Shown here piece by piece: positions 1-10,384 of a DNA stretch of 64,000 nt. Position numbers and translations under genes: made by a program. The notes beneath the pieces were generated by a model, which was not told the DNA's origin, did no database searches, and was given only the letters and a program-made list of their open reading frames with translations. Origin of the DNA: an uncultured Candidatus Saccharibacteria bacterium (GTDB lineage: Bacteria; Patescibacteriota; Saccharimonadia; Saccharimonadales; Saccharimonadaceae); contig CALHGK010000010.1 of assembly GCA_938030095.1 (NCBI GenBank), forward strand, positions 71,975-135,974, read 5' to 3'. How positions within the stretch are numbered: position 1 is the stretch's first letter; the number at the start of each line of letters is the position of its first letter.

Positions 1-873
1 GTTTTTCCACGGAGTGAGTGCAAAGTACTTTTGCCACAGCAGCCGGTTCGGGTGCTTGTTGCCAACTTCCCACGGTTTGCCCTGAATGCCATAGAGCGAG
101 TGAATAATCTTGGGACTGTAATAGTTAGTCATAATCTCGTCGTAACTATAGAAATACGGCTGCTTAAGATTATTAATGCGCAGCAGATCTTGCGGCCGGT
201 AAGCATAAAAAGCACTAGAGAAATTATAGGCGATATCGAGCGTCTTAATCTGCCCTCGGAACATAACATTACAGAGGTCTTGATCGGCAATGACATAGTC
301 GCTTTTCTTCGACAGGTGCTCAACGACTTGACTCGATACATCATCTTTGAGCCATTTTTTGTGATTGATAAGCATGATACCACAATTGTAGTAACCATCG
401 GTGGGCTGGAGGCCAATCGTTGCTTTGTGCTGATTAGTGAGCGTATCGTAAGCCAGTGCCATGATATTTTTCTCAAAATCAAGCTCCAGCAATCCATCAA
501 GCGAGCTGGTAATGATCGTATGCGGATTAAGGTAGAGTAAGCGATCGGTCTTGATATCAAGATCGGCTAGCGCCAGCATCTTGAGCCACGTCACATACAC
601 GCCATGCCACGGCTTGACACCTAGCTTCTGTAATTTCTTGTGATATGTGTTGGGATTGATGAATGTTAAATAGGCGTTGGGGTATTTTTCAACCAACTTC
701 TTGAGACGGTCCTTACTTTGTTTGCTCAGCTTATACCCACAATAAAAAATATGAATCTCGTCGAGTGTCTTGTTGTTCTCAAGCAGTGATGCGATCGAAA
801 TTGCACTCACCACTGCATAGTTATCGTCACTTTGATACAAGACGTTTAAGATTTTCTTTTTGACTCTGGGCAT
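1..873 (-). CDS. glycosyltransferase family 8-like (polysaccharide alpha-glycosyltransferase), 3' end cut by window edge
   Basis: Manual reverse translation from ATG (revcomp cat at 871-873): MPRVKKKILNVLYQSDDNYAVVSAISIASLL...GIMLINHKKW...DQDLCNV..., with the GT8-type DDNYA motif and a DxD-like DQD; frame stays open to position 1. Absent from the ORF track because it is open at the edge. Confidence 0.6.
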   Translation of the reverse strand, partial: MPRVKKKILNVLYQSDDNYAVVSAISIASLLENNKTLDEIHIFYCGYKLSKQSKDRLKKLVEKYPNAYLTFINPNTYHKKLQKLGVKPWHGVYVTWLKMLALADLDIKTDRLLYLNPHTIITSSLDGLLELDFEKNIMALAYDTLTNQHKATIGLQPTDGYYNCGIMLINHKKWLKDDVSSQVVEHLSKKSDYVIADQDLCNVMFRGQIKTLDIAYNFSSAFYAYRPQDLLRINNLKQPYFYSYDEIMTNYYSPKIIHSLYGIQGKPWEVGNKHPNRLLWQKYFALTPWKN

Positions 874-889
874 GGCCTGCCTCTCTCCT

Positions 890-1747
890 TTATTCCACCG
901 CTGCTATGTTTTTTACGTAGTTTTCCAGTAATGGCTGATAGCTCTCACTGATGAATCCTGTGTTGTGCAACTTCGACAAATTCATATCACTATACATTGG
1001 TCGAGGTGCAAACGGAATCTTATCCTTACTATACTCTTGTGTTGACACTTTTACAACCCTATCGCGATCGTGCCCTGCATATTCGAAGACATCCTCAGCA
1101 AGCTCTGCCCATGACTTGATCGGTCCGGAGTTAGACACGTGGTACAAACCATACTCGGCCTTGGTGTCTATCAAATGCTTGGTGGCACGCGCAATCTCCG
1201 ACGCAAAGGTTGGCCGGCCATATTGATCATCCACAACCTTGGGATTAATGCGCATATCGGCCAGGCGCTTCATCGTCCGTGGAAAGTTGTGCCCATCGCC
1301 AATCACCCAGGAGACACGCAGTACATAATGACGCGGCGCAAGGCTGACCAGTAGATCCCCAGCTGCCTTGACGTCGCCATAGACCGACAGCGGGGAGAGC
1401 GACTCATCCTCGCCATGGTTTTTGTTCGTCCCATCAAAGACATAGTCAGATGAATAGTGCACTAATGTAATATCGTGCTCCAGCGCTACTTTGACGAGAT
1501 TGCGCGGGCCAACGGCATTAACCTGCCACGCTTTGGTGCGGCCTTCAATCGTTTCAGATCCATCGGCATTGACGAACGCCGCCGCGTTGATAATGACATC
1601 AACACCCGACCAATCATACCCAAGCACCTGCTCTTCATCCGCAATGTCGAGCTGCTGGTGGCCCAGTGCCGTGGCCTTTGGATATATCTCTTGGAGCGCT
1701 CGCCCCACTTGGCCATTACAACCCAATATTACAATCCCCTTGCTCAT
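890..1747 (-). CDS. rmlD: dTDP-4-dehydrorhamnose reductase
   Basis: 285 aa; N-terminal Rossmann GxxGxxG (ILGCNGQVGRAL), YxxxK-type active site region (SVYGDVKAAGD), full-length similarity pattern to RmlD/RfbD. Confidence 0.85.
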   Translation of the reverse strand: MSKGIVILGCNGQVGRALQEIYPKATALGHQQLDIADEEQVLGYDWSGVDVIINAAAFVNADGSETIEGRTKAWQVNAVGPRNLVKVALEHDITLVHYSSDYVFDGTNKNHGEDESLSPLSVYGDVKAAGDLLVSLAPRHYVLRVSWVIGDGHNFPRTMKRLADMRINPKVVDDQYGRPTFASEIARATKHLIDTKAEYGLYHVSNSGPIKSWAELAEDVFEYAGHDRDRVVKVSTQEYSKDKIPFAPRPMYSDMNLSKLHNTGFISESYQPLLENYVKNIAAVE

Positions 1748-2230
1748 ATACCCTCCTTTGTTTCCGCTATTATAGCACAGTTAGCGTAAGCTTTTTGAGA
1801 TATATGAAATCGTATGGTCGATGTGAGACAAAAAATACACTGAAGAGCTACCCTACCCCTTTTAAAAACTCATATGGCACCGTTAGATCTCTCACCTCCT
1901 CAGGATATATTGTTACAATCAATTTCGCTAAGTAGTGAGTCAGAAAAACTTGAATCTCATAACCTCTCTTTCTTAGCACTAGATAGAACCCCACTTTCTC
2001 ATCGCTCCATCAGATAGAGGTGTACAATCAATTGTAATGATTGATTTTATCTCAGCACAAGAGGTCGGTGTCTTGTAGACTCAACCCTTTTGTTACTTCG
2101 TCGGAGGGAGTGTGGGAAAATCTTTGATACTTAGGTAAGCAGATTAATAATAAAATCTGATATTTCTCACAAAAAACACAAAAAAACCAATAGCTTTGTC
2201 TCAGAGCGATATGGCAATCATCCACCTACA

Positions 2231-3460
2231 CTACAACACAGCCATACAGCGCAGCTGCCGGCGATAAACTGCCGCGAGCAGCACCGCTTGGATGATGCCT
2301 GCCACCATAAAACACAGCACACTACCCAGCATCGCATAGTGCTGCACCACGCTATATGACACGACTGTGAGTACGATATTACTCAGCAAAAGTATATAGA
2401 ACTGCCCTTTAAACTCGCGCAGCACGGTGAGGATATTGATATAAATCGACACCAGCGCATTAGCCACCGCTCCCACCACCATGATGAGCAGCTCAGTGCG
2501 ATAATCAGTAATACGCGCATTAAAAATGAGAGTAAGAAGCGGTGCCCCAACCAGCCACGTCGCAATCAGTGTCAGCGCACTAATCCCCAAGACGATGAGG
2601 ATAATTTTGCTCACCAGCGCGTGGAACTCAAGGCGCTTCTGCTGATGATAGAGCTCCGACAGCTGCACGATATTGGGCTGAATAATGAAGGTAATAAACA
2701 GCGAGAGTAATGTAATGGGCATAGCCATAATACCAAAATACGCGATCTCGTGCGTGTGGAATGTATCGAGAAAATAGCGCGGAATATTAAGCGAAAACAT
2801 CGTCAAAAATGTGGTAAGAAACACTGGTGCGCAGCGCCGCATGATCATACCAACATGACGCAGCTTGGGCACGAGATGATCGATATGGGGCTGGATAGAT
2901 TCGTACCGCTGTACCTGTTGCCAATCATACAACACAAGCATGAGAGCATTAACCACCACAATTGCCACCACCCCCCACAGTACACTATGCATAAGCATAT
3001 CGACGAGCAAAAATGCCACAAAGCCCCCTACCGCCTTAATCGTAAGCGAATAGCCAACGATGTAGAGCCTGTGGTGAATCTGCAGCACGCCATAGAGTGC
3101 GTCGGCCACTGCCTCCAGCGCCTTGAAGAGTACGAGCGCGATGATGATACTCGACTTCACGACATCATAGTGATTTGCCACGCAAAACAGCACCGCACCC
3201 ACCATCATCACGATCGACGTCACGAGTTTGACGGCAAGGTAACTGCTGCTACTAAACTCTTTGCGCACATCCGACACCTGATAAGTACGCCCACCCCATA
3301 AACCAATCGCCCAAAACACCACCGAGAGCGACAGCGCAAAGGAAAAAACCCCCGAGTCGGCAATGCCATTCAGCCGCGTAATAAGCAGCAGGAGCGCCGG
3401 CGAGATGGCACTTTGCAAAAAGGAGCCGATGGAATTCCAGATATAATTTTTAGATTGCAT
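2231..3460 (-). CDS. polysaccharide flippase, Wzx/MOP-superfamily-like polytopic membrane protein
   Basis: 409 aa, ~12 hydrophobic helices; N-terminus MQSKNYIWNSIGSFLQSAISPALLLLITRLNGIADSGVFSFA typical of oligosaccharide-unit flippases. Confidence 0.65.
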   Translation of the reverse strand: MQSKNYIWNSIGSFLQSAISPALLLLITRLNGIADSGVFSFALSLSVVFWAIGLWGGRTYQVSDVRKEFSSSSYLAVKLVTSIVMMVGAVLFCVANHYDVVKSSIIIALVLFKALEAVADALYGVLQIHHRLYIVGYSLTIKAVGGFVAFLLVDMLMHSVLWGVVAIVVVNALMLVLYDWQQVQRYESIQPHIDHLVPKLRHVGMIMRRCAPVFLTTFLTMFSLNIPRYFLDTFHTHEIAYFGIMAMPITLLSLFITFIIQPNIVQLSELYHQQKRLEFHALVSKIILIVLGISALTLIATWLVGAPLLTLIFNARITDYRTELLIMVVGAVANALVSIYINILTVLREFKGQFYILLLSNIVLTVVSYSVVQHYAMLGSVLCFMVAGIIQAVLLAAVYRRQLRCMAVL

Positions 3461-3552
3461 AATCTTATTTAGTATACCACTGGTTGGTTATTTCTCGCGA
3501 TTTAGACCATAATTTGCTCTGTTGTGATTTGTGCTCTATAATCAGGCGTGTT

Positions 3553-4992
3553 ATGAAGAAATATTGGGCATTATTCGAATCATTTATTGCACGGCCAGAG
3601 CGGGTCTTTCTTTCGCTGTGTTTGTTGTTTGGCTTATTGTCGGCGTTTTTTGTGCCGCAGCTGTCGGTGAGTGATGAAAATATGCACTACTTGCGGGCGT
3701 ATGCGCTGGCAGATGGGCGCTTAGAATCCAAGCGCTGCACCTATCCAGCGGACGTTAATGGCCGAGCATCATCGGTGTATCATGGCAATATCAGCGCTGA
3801 TTATTCGCGCCCCATCAACCGCTCAGATCTCAAGACAACAAGCAAATGCAACAGTGCTGTGGGCTATGCCCCTATTATGCATGCACCGCAAACGCTTGGT
3901 ATTTTCATCGCTAATATCTTCAATGGGTCGACAGGCCTAACGATTCTCTTTGGGCGGATTGCAAACTTGCTGTTCTACGCGCTCAGTGTATTTTTCATTA
4001 TCAAGTGGGTGCGCATTGGTAAGTGGGTCTTTGCAGTAGTGGGGCTGCTACCACTAATGGTTCATCTCGCTGCCTCGCTCTCGAGCGATGTCATGACGAA
4101 CGTGGCGATATTCCTCATTACTGCCATGACGCTCAATCTCTACACCCAAGAAACGCTGATCCGCCGCAAGCAAGTTGCTGGCCTCTTAGCTATAGCGGCG
4201 CTGCTGGCACTGACCAAGGCGGTTAATGGTTTGCTGCTCTTCCCGCTTCTGTTTTTGCCAAAGCGACTCTTCATCCCAAACACCGAGCTGCCGAAGCTGC
4301 CATCACTTTTCAAGAAGCTCCCCCTCAACCTGCATAAGTGGGCACTGATCGCGGGCGCTGGCATTGTGTCGCTGGCGGCACTGCTCATCTGGCAAAAGAT
4401 CTATGATGGTGCACTCCTCTCATCTGGCGCAGCCGATAATCCGCTGCATCACAACCCGCTTATGTTTATCCGTATCCTCTTTAACACCTACATCAATCCA
4501 AACATTGGCTACACCGATATCGTAGTACGTGGTAGTGTGGGCGACTTCTCAAGCTTCAAATATCACCTGCCGCTCTTTGTTTTGATTCCACTCTTTCTGC
4601 TGGTCTTTCTTGCACTCATCAAGCGCGATAAGGCCGAGGAGCAAGCACTAGCACCAGCTGCTGGTCGATTAGCCGCGGCCAACCTCACTACTGTTGCCGT
4701 CTTTATTGCGGCGGTTTCATACGCGATGTACACCGCCTGGGCGCTGCTACCAATTCGCTTTGGTGCTGGTGCATACTACGCCGATGGGGTGCAGGGGCGT
4801 TACTTTACGGCGCTACTCGTGCTCCTCATCCCCTGTGGGGTGTGGCTACGCAAGTATATTTGGTTCCATACTGCCTCGGCTAAGGTATTTCACGCCCTTA
4901 TATTCTTTGGCTGCGGGGCAATTTTGTTGTACTACACCTTTGGCACCTATTGGGCCTATCACGCGCCGATACCGGTACCACCGGTGGCATAA
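3553..4992 (+). CDS. large polytopic membrane protein, DUF2142-like putative glycosyltransferase/polymerase of the polysaccharide locus
   Basis: ORF 3484..4992; preferred start ATG 3553 (MKKYWALFESF...). Multiple TM helices with a large extracytoplasmic loop, as in GT-C-type enzymes. Family assignment is tentative. Confidence 0.45.
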   Translation: MKKYWALFESFIARPERVFLSLCLLFGLLSAFFVPQLSVSDENMHYLRAYALADGRLESKRCTYPADVNGRASSVYHGNISADYSRPINRSDLKTTSKCNSAVGYAPIMHAPQTLGIFIANIFNGSTGLTILFGRIANLLFYALSVFFIIKWVRIGKWVFAVVGLLPLMVHLAASLSSDVMTNVAIFLITAMTLNLYTQETLIRRKQVAGLLAIAALLALTKAVNGLLLFPLLFLPKRLFIPNTELPKLPSLFKKLPLNLHKWALIAGAGIVSLAALLIWQKIYDGALLSSGAADNPLHHNPLMFIRILFNTYINPNIGYTDIVVRGSVGDFSSFKYHLPLFVLIPLFLLVFLALIKRDKAEEQALAPAAGRLAAANLTTVAVFIAAVSYAMYTAWALLPIRFGAGAYYADGVQGRYFTALLVLLIPCGVWLRKYIWFHTASAKVFHALIFFGCGAILLYYTFGTYWAYHAPIPVPPVA

Positions 4993-5187
4993 ATCTCGGT
5001 GCTAGCACGAGGGGTTGATGTTTATAGAGAAGCAGTACTCTTTGTGGTGTCTTGAATGAGAGAGTAATACAAACAGAGCGATACGAGAATTGGTAAGGTT
5101 CTGATATACCATTGAGAAGATGGGATTATATAAGGATTCTTTGATATTCCATATTCCACCTTCCCCTTTCATGACGCTTATGCTATA

Positions 5188-5793
5188 GTGACATGGAACA
5201 CTAATAGCACAAGCATTATGAAATTATTACGTACTCTATCCAAAAAACGTCTCACGCTCATCATTGGTATTGGCATTGCGCTCGTCGCCGCTGGTGGTTA
5301 TGGTGCCTATATCGCAACGCGTCCCGTCTCGCTACCACCCCTGTCAGATGAGCCAACGCCAGCCCAAAAACAAACGCAGCACAAGACCGATGCCGCCACG
5401 AAGGAATCATTTCTAGATAGCAACACAAACCACGATACGAATACTACCAAAGACACCTCACAGCAGCGCACCACCCAGGCTCAGCCCGCGCCAATTCCAA
5501 CGTCAGCGAAACATATTGAGCTCTCTGCTGAGCAGTCAGGCGAAACGGTCGTTGTGACTACTAAGCTGAGAGAACAAGGCTTTTCCTCTGGTCAGTGCGT
5601 GCTGACGATCACTAGTAGCGAGCAGCGCTCTGAGCAGCACGCTGCCATCATCTACCAACCAGAATATTCCACCTGTGCTGGCTTCTCTGTGCCCGTCCGA
5701 TCATTGCCCAAAGGTACGTGGCATATCTCTCTCACTGTCACGCCGCTTGGTGGCAAGGCACTCACGAAGACACTTGATAAGGAGATTCGCTAG
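5188..5793 (+). CDS. hypothetical membrane-anchored protein (single N-terminal TM, Thr/Gln-rich linker)
   Basis: 201 aa; GTG 5188 or ATG 5218; TM LTLIIGIGIALVAAGGYGAYIA; stop abuts start of ChW protein (5793/5794), so probably co-transcribed. Confidence 0.45.
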   Translation: MTWNTNSTSIMKLLRTLSKKRLTLIIGIGIALVAAGGYGAYIATRPVSLPPLSDEPTPAQKQTQHKTDAATKESFLDSNTNHDTNTTKDTSQQRTTQAQPAPIPTSAKHIELSAEQSGETVVVTTKLREQGFSSGQCVLTITSSEQRSEQHAAIIYQPEYSTCAGFSVPVRSLPKGTWHISLTVTPLGGKALTKTLDKEIR

Positions 5794-8100
5794 ATGATGG
5801 CTCAATCACACTCCACTACTCGTCTCTTCTCGACATATTGGCGATATATCCTTGCTGGTGTTTTGTGTGTGAGTTTATTTGCTGCGACTGTCCTCTCCCG
5901 CCCAGCCCAAGCAGTAACGGCAGCCGATTGGCGAGCAGGCAATATCGTTGATGATTTGCTCTTTACTAATAGCGACGATATGTCAGTGGCAGATATTCAG
6001 GCGTTTCTCAATAGCCTCAACCCACAATGCGACACCTATGGCCGGCAGCCTGCTGCCGAACACGGCCGGCGCGATATCAGCCGAGCACAGTATGCCGCCG
6101 CTCGAGGTTGGCATGGGCCACCATATGTCTGCCTTAAGGACTATTATGAAGTGCCTAAATACACACCGGGCAATTACATCCCTGCCAATAACTTCGGTGG
6201 AGTGATTCCCGCTGGAGCAGTCAGCGCCGCGCAGATTATCTATGATGCTGCCAAGCAAAACAATCTCAACCCTAAAGTCCTGCTGGTGAAAATCGCCACC
6301 GAGTCGGCTGGCCCGCTCACCTCCGACACGTGGCCCCTCCAAAACCAATACACCTATGCGATGGGCTCGCACTGCCCCGATAGCGGCCCGGGTGGTAGCG
6401 CCAATTGCGATCGCAACTACGCTGGCTTCTCGATGCAAGTTGCCTCAGGAGCGCAGCTCATCCGCTGGTATCTCGATAGTATGCAGCAGCCTTGGTGGTC
6501 GTACAAAAAGCCGTTTGCGACCAATCGTATCCTGTGGAATGTGGTGCAGCGAGGCTGCGGCGCTGGCGATGTGTATATCGAGAGCAAGGCCACGGCGGCA
6601 CTCTACACCTACACACCCTACCAGCCCAATCAAGCAGCCCTGGCTAATATGTATGGCTTAGGCGATCATTGCAGCGCCTATGGCAACCGCAACTTCTGGC
6701 GTGTGTGGAACGACTGGTTTGGCTCGACCCAGCATAGCCGGCCACTGATTAGCTTCCGCTCGCACAGCAGCTACATCGGCTGGACAGGGGTAATTCATAA
6801 CCGTGGCATTACAGGTATCACCGGCCAAAGCAAGGCAATGCAAGCTCTCACGATCGATGGGGAGGTAAATTATACATCATACAGCAACGAGCGCGGTTGG
6901 CAGCCCTCTGTGCAGGGCAGTATGCAATCGGGTACAACAGGGCTTGGCCGGCCAATTACCGCCGTCAAGATCCAGCCAACTGGTACTCTCGCCCAAGCGT
7001 ACGACATCTACTATCGCACCCACGTGAGCTACATTGGCTGGATGGGCTGGGCCAAGAATGGTGAAGTGGCTGGTGTAACTGGCGGAGCTAACAATGTTAT
7101 CGAAGCGGTTGAAATAAAGCTTGTGCGTAAAGGAACGCCTGCACCTGAGCCATCTGGAGTAGCGTATAAAAATATCGCGACGCATGGCGACCCATCACCC
7201 CTCAAGCTCTCACTCAGCTCACATGTCGGTATGGTTGGCTGGCAGCCAGAAGTGCGCGATGAGATGACGAGCGGTACCACTGGCCAAAGCCGCCGCATCG
7301 AAGCCATCAAAGCATCGCTCCACAACACAACGGGCCTGCCAGGCAACATCCAATATTCATCACACGTTAGCTACGTCGGCTGGCAAGATTGGAAACAAGC
7401 AGGCGACGTATCTGGCACCACAGGGCAGTTCCGCTCCATTGAGGCAGTCCGCTTCTTACTTACTGGCAAACTTGCCACTACATACGACATCTGGTACCGA
7501 GGTTACTCGCAATACGTCGGCTGGATGGGTTGGGCCAAGAATGGCCAACCAGCTGGTTCGACTGGCGCCTACCGGCAGCTCGAAGCACTAGAGGTGCGCC
7601 TTGTGCCGAAGCATACACTCAATTTGCCTGGTGGTGCCTTTTATAACCCAACCAATACTGCTGTGCCCGATCTCTATCAACTGAGCTATGCTGCCCACGT
7701 AAGCTACATCGGCTGGATGCCCGATGTGTCGCACCCCATTATGGCTGGCACCACTGGCAAATCACGCTACCTCGAGGCAATCCGCCTTGGCAAAGCCGTA
7801 TCGCTGCGCGATGGCTCACTCATCACCATCCAGTGCGACGCAAAAGCGGCTGGTCAGTGGCTTCCATCGGCCACCCTCTCATCATCGCAGTCTTGTGGCA
7901 CGACTGGCCAGCGCAAAGCGCTCGAAGCCCTCAAGCTTAACCTCAGTCCCGCCGACGCCACTCGCTACGATATTTATTACAACACTCACCTCTCCTGGGT
8001 AGGTTGGCAGGGCTGGAAAAAGAACGGCGAGGTTGCCGGCGACCGACCCGGTTCGCATATCGAAGCAGTGATGATTAAGCTCGTCGAGAAGAGTGAGTGA
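5794..8100 (+). CDS. secreted ChW-repeat protein with uncharacterised ~300-aa N-terminal domain
   Basis: 768 aa; signal peptide/TM (ILAGVLCVSLFAATVLSRPAQA). Seven to eight ~45-aa repeats of the form HVSYIGWMGWAKNGEVAGVTGGxxxxIEAVEIKLV, matching the clostridial hydrophobic-W (ChW) pattern; repeats span ~6760-8095. Confidence 0.7.
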   Translation: MMAQSHSTTRLFSTYWRYILAGVLCVSLFAATVLSRPAQAVTAADWRAGNIVDDLLFTNSDDMSVADIQAFLNSLNPQCDTYGRQPAAEHGRRDISRAQYAAARGWHGPPYVCLKDYYEVPKYTPGNYIPANNFGGVIPAGAVSAAQIIYDAAKQNNLNPKVLLVKIATESAGPLTSDTWPLQNQYTYAMGSHCPDSGPGGSANCDRNYAGFSMQVASGAQLIRWYLDSMQQPWWSYKKPFATNRILWNVVQRGCGAGDVYIESKATAALYTYTPYQPNQAALANMYGLGDHCSAYGNRNFWRVWNDWFGSTQHSRPLISFRSHSSYIGWTGVIHNRGITGITGQSKAMQALTIDGEVNYTSYSNERGWQPSVQGSMQSGTTGLGRPITAVKIQPTGTLAQAYDIYYRTHVSYIGWMGWAKNGEVAGVTGGANNVIEAVEIKLVRKGTPAPEPSGVAYKNIATHGDPSPLKLSLSSHVGMVGWQPEVRDEMTSGTTGQSRRIEAIKASLHNTTGLPGNIQYSSHVSYVGWQDWKQAGDVSGTTGQFRSIEAVRFLLTGKLATTYDIWYRGYSQYVGWMGWAKNGQPAGSTGAYRQLEALEVRLVPKHTLNLPGGAFYNPTNTAVPDLYQLSYAAHVSYIGWMPDVSHPIMAGTTGKSRYLEAIRLGKAVSLRDGSLITIQCDAKAAGQWLPSATLSSSQSCGTTGQRKALEALKLNLSPADATRYDIYYNTHLSWVGWQGWKKNGEVAGDRPGSHIEAVMIKLVEKSE

Positions 8101-8112
8101 TCAACATATAAA

Positions 8113-8142
8113 ACACTCCTCCCATATCTGTGGGAGGAGTGT
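8113..8142. terminator. 12-bp stem hairpin between convergent genes (bidirectional terminator candidate)
   Basis: acactcctccca-tatctg-tgggaggagtgt between ChW gene stop (8100) and glycosyltransferase stop (8168). Confidence 0.5.
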
Positions 8143-8167
8143 CATACATTATAACAAGACAACAACT

Positions 8168-10384
8168 TTATTTGTAAATTGCTGCCACTTTCTCTTCAAT
8201 ATTCTTCCATTGATAATCGTTGGCGGTTTGGCGGCCACCAGCGATGAGTTTGTCACGCAGTGCTTTGTCTGCCACCAGGCGCTCCACCGCCGCGACACCA
8301 GCCGCGATATCACCCTGTTGGTAGAGGAGGCAGTTCTCACCATCCTTGAGATATTCGACATTGCCGCCATTGGGCACCACCACTGCAAGACCACCGGTTG
8401 CCATCATCTCGAGCGGTGGATAGGAGAAGCTCTCGAGGATGCTCGTTTTGATGAGAATGTCACAGCTGGCGTATACTTCGCCAACCTTCTCAGGCGCAAT
8501 GCGGTTATAGAATGTATCGACACGGTACCAGTCCTTCGGCTCTTTGCGGTACGATAGGTACGAAACTTCATACTTCGCAGGGTCGAGTTGGTTGATGATG
8601 TGGAAGGCTTCGTCGGTATTCTTGTACTCACTCTTGCTATCGCCCTCAACGAGGATTTTTATCTTGCGACCACTGTCAAAGTCGCGCTCGCGGTATGGAT
8701 AATACTCGATATCGATGCCGTTCGAGACATACTTCGCATCCTTGCCAAACATATCTTTAAGCCACTTCTGGCACCAGAGCGACATTGTTACGTAGCGCAC
8801 ACCCGACTGGTCACAGTATGATGCGTTCGCCGCGAAGCGTGGCCCACCCGTGCCGGGGATATAAAAATCAGTCTCGAAGTTTTGGACGAAGTAAAGCCGG
8901 TTGCGTACATTGGGGTGCTTTTTGATAATCTCTACCGTTGACCACAGCGTCGCCACTTGTGTGTCAAAGAAGGCCTCTATCTTCGTCTTGTGCGCTGTAA
9001 TAACATTAAAACCTGGCAATTCAGAGCGGTATTGGTAGGTCTTTTTGGCCTGCTTAAGGGCATGCTTGCTCACCGCGTCGATCAGCGTCACATCCCAGCC
9101 CGCTTTGCGCAGGATATCAGCGTGTTTGACGGCAACGATCACCCCACCCGAGATATCTGTCGAAGGCAAAACAAAGCCAATATTGCGCGCCAAGCGCTCC
9201 CGCACAAATGATGCAAGCGTGTAGCCAGTGTAGACCGTCGAATAATCATTGGTGGCAATCTTGTGTGCATTTTCACCCAGCTGGGTGCGCAGTGTTTTGT
9301 CGGTAATAAGGCGATCGAGCGCTGTGTACCAATCGTTATCTGCACCAACCAAGAGACCCGTCTCGCCGTCCTTCACTTGCTCGGCAAAGGCCCCCACCTG
9401 ACTCGCCACCGTCGGCACCTTGACGAGGCCAGCCTCAAGCCATTTGTTTTCAGACTTCGCACGGTTAAAGATTGTATCGACCAGTGGTGCAAGGATGATA
9501 TCGCAATCCACCATCACCTTAGGCAGCTCCCGCCAATCGACAAAACCCGAGGTCATCACCCGCTCTTTATACGGCTCAAGTGCGGCCGGTACATCGAGAA
9601 TCCCGGCTATCTTGAGGTGGAGCTGTGGATATGCATCAAACAGCCGAATCAAATCTGGAATCACCAGCTCGAAGTCCTCATTGTGCGTAATACTCCCACT
9701 AAAGTACCCGATGATAATTCTGTCTACATCCTTGGCAATCTTCCCTTCAGCCAAATCTTCCAGCGCCATATTAGACGTCTTGATCATCTCATCAGAGGCG
9801 GCATTACGGTTGATGAGGACATCACCGGTAGTGTACTTTTGCAGTTCATCACGCAGTTGCGTTGTAGTCGTCACAACGTGGTCGCAGAGCTTAAGCGTTT
9901 CACGCATACGGTTCACCCCATCGTCGTAGAGCTGCTTATCGGCTTGGTTCATCTGCTGGACGTATTTGATACCGTCGGTGTACGTTTGATCGATGACAAG
10001 ATCATCGATATCGAAGAAGCAGGTCTTATTGAAGAACTTCGCTTGCTTGATAAACTCCCGCACCGTCTCTGTCACTGGGCAACGAAAGAATACGAAGCCA
10101 CGATAATACTTGAGGTCATCCAGCGAGAGCCGATCATAAAACACACTCTCCACCGTCAGCCCCTGCGACATCAGCTGTTCCATCTGGTGTGCCACGCGAT
10201 AGCGCTCGGGGTGCGGCAAGGTGCAGCCGTTGATAAAGAGGATATCTTTATAATACTTCTGTTTTCGCTCGGGAAACTTACGATAATAGGCATACTTGGT
10301 GGCACGCTTGCCAAAGCCAACTACTCCATCGTCTTTGATAATCTTCATGCTTTTCTTGGCGGCTTTGTGTACTTTACCGATCAT
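8168..10384 (-). CDS. multidomain glycosyltransferase (GT4/GT1-type C-terminal domain), rhamnan-synthesis-like
   Basis: 738 aa; C-terminal LEMMATGGLAVVVPNGGNVEYLKDGENCLLY is the GT4 E-x7-E-type motif; an internal second Rossmann-like GT region. ATGA overlap with the upstream GT2 gene at 10381-10384. Confidence 0.6.
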   Translation of the reverse strand: MIGKVHKAAKKSMKIIKDDGVVGFGKRATKYAYYRKFPERKQKYYKDILFINGCTLPHPERYRVAHQMEQLMSQGLTVESVFYDRLSLDDLKYYRGFVFFRCPVTETVREFIKQAKFFNKTCFFDIDDLVIDQTYTDGIKYVQQMNQADKQLYDDGVNRMRETLKLCDHVVTTTTQLRDELQKYTTGDVLINRNAASDEMIKTSNMALEDLAEGKIAKDVDRIIIGYFSGSITHNEDFELVIPDLIRLFDAYPQLHLKIAGILDVPAALEPYKERVMTSGFVDWRELPKVMVDCDIILAPLVDTIFNRAKSENKWLEAGLVKVPTVASQVGAFAEQVKDGETGLLVGADNDWYTALDRLITDKTLRTQLGENAHKIATNDYSTVYTGYTLASFVRERLARNIGFVLPSTDISGGVIVAVKHADILRKAGWDVTLIDAVSKHALKQAKKTYQYRSELPGFNVITAHKTKIEAFFDTQVATLWSTVEIIKKHPNVRNRLYFVQNFETDFYIPGTGGPRFAANASYCDQSGVRYVTMSLWCQKWLKDMFGKDAKYVSNGIDIEYYPYRERDFDSGRKIKILVEGDSKSEYKNTDEAFHIINQLDPAKYEVSYLSYRKEPKDWYRVDTFYNRIAPEKVGEVYASCDILIKTSILESFSYPPLEMMATGGLAVVVPNGGNVEYLKDGENCLLYQQGDIAAGVAAVERLVADKALRDKLIAGGRQTANDYQWKNIEEKVAAIYK

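Noticed and set aside
2750-3301. 183-aa plus-strand His/Cys-rich ORF
   Set aside because: It is antisense to the Wzx-like flippase gene.
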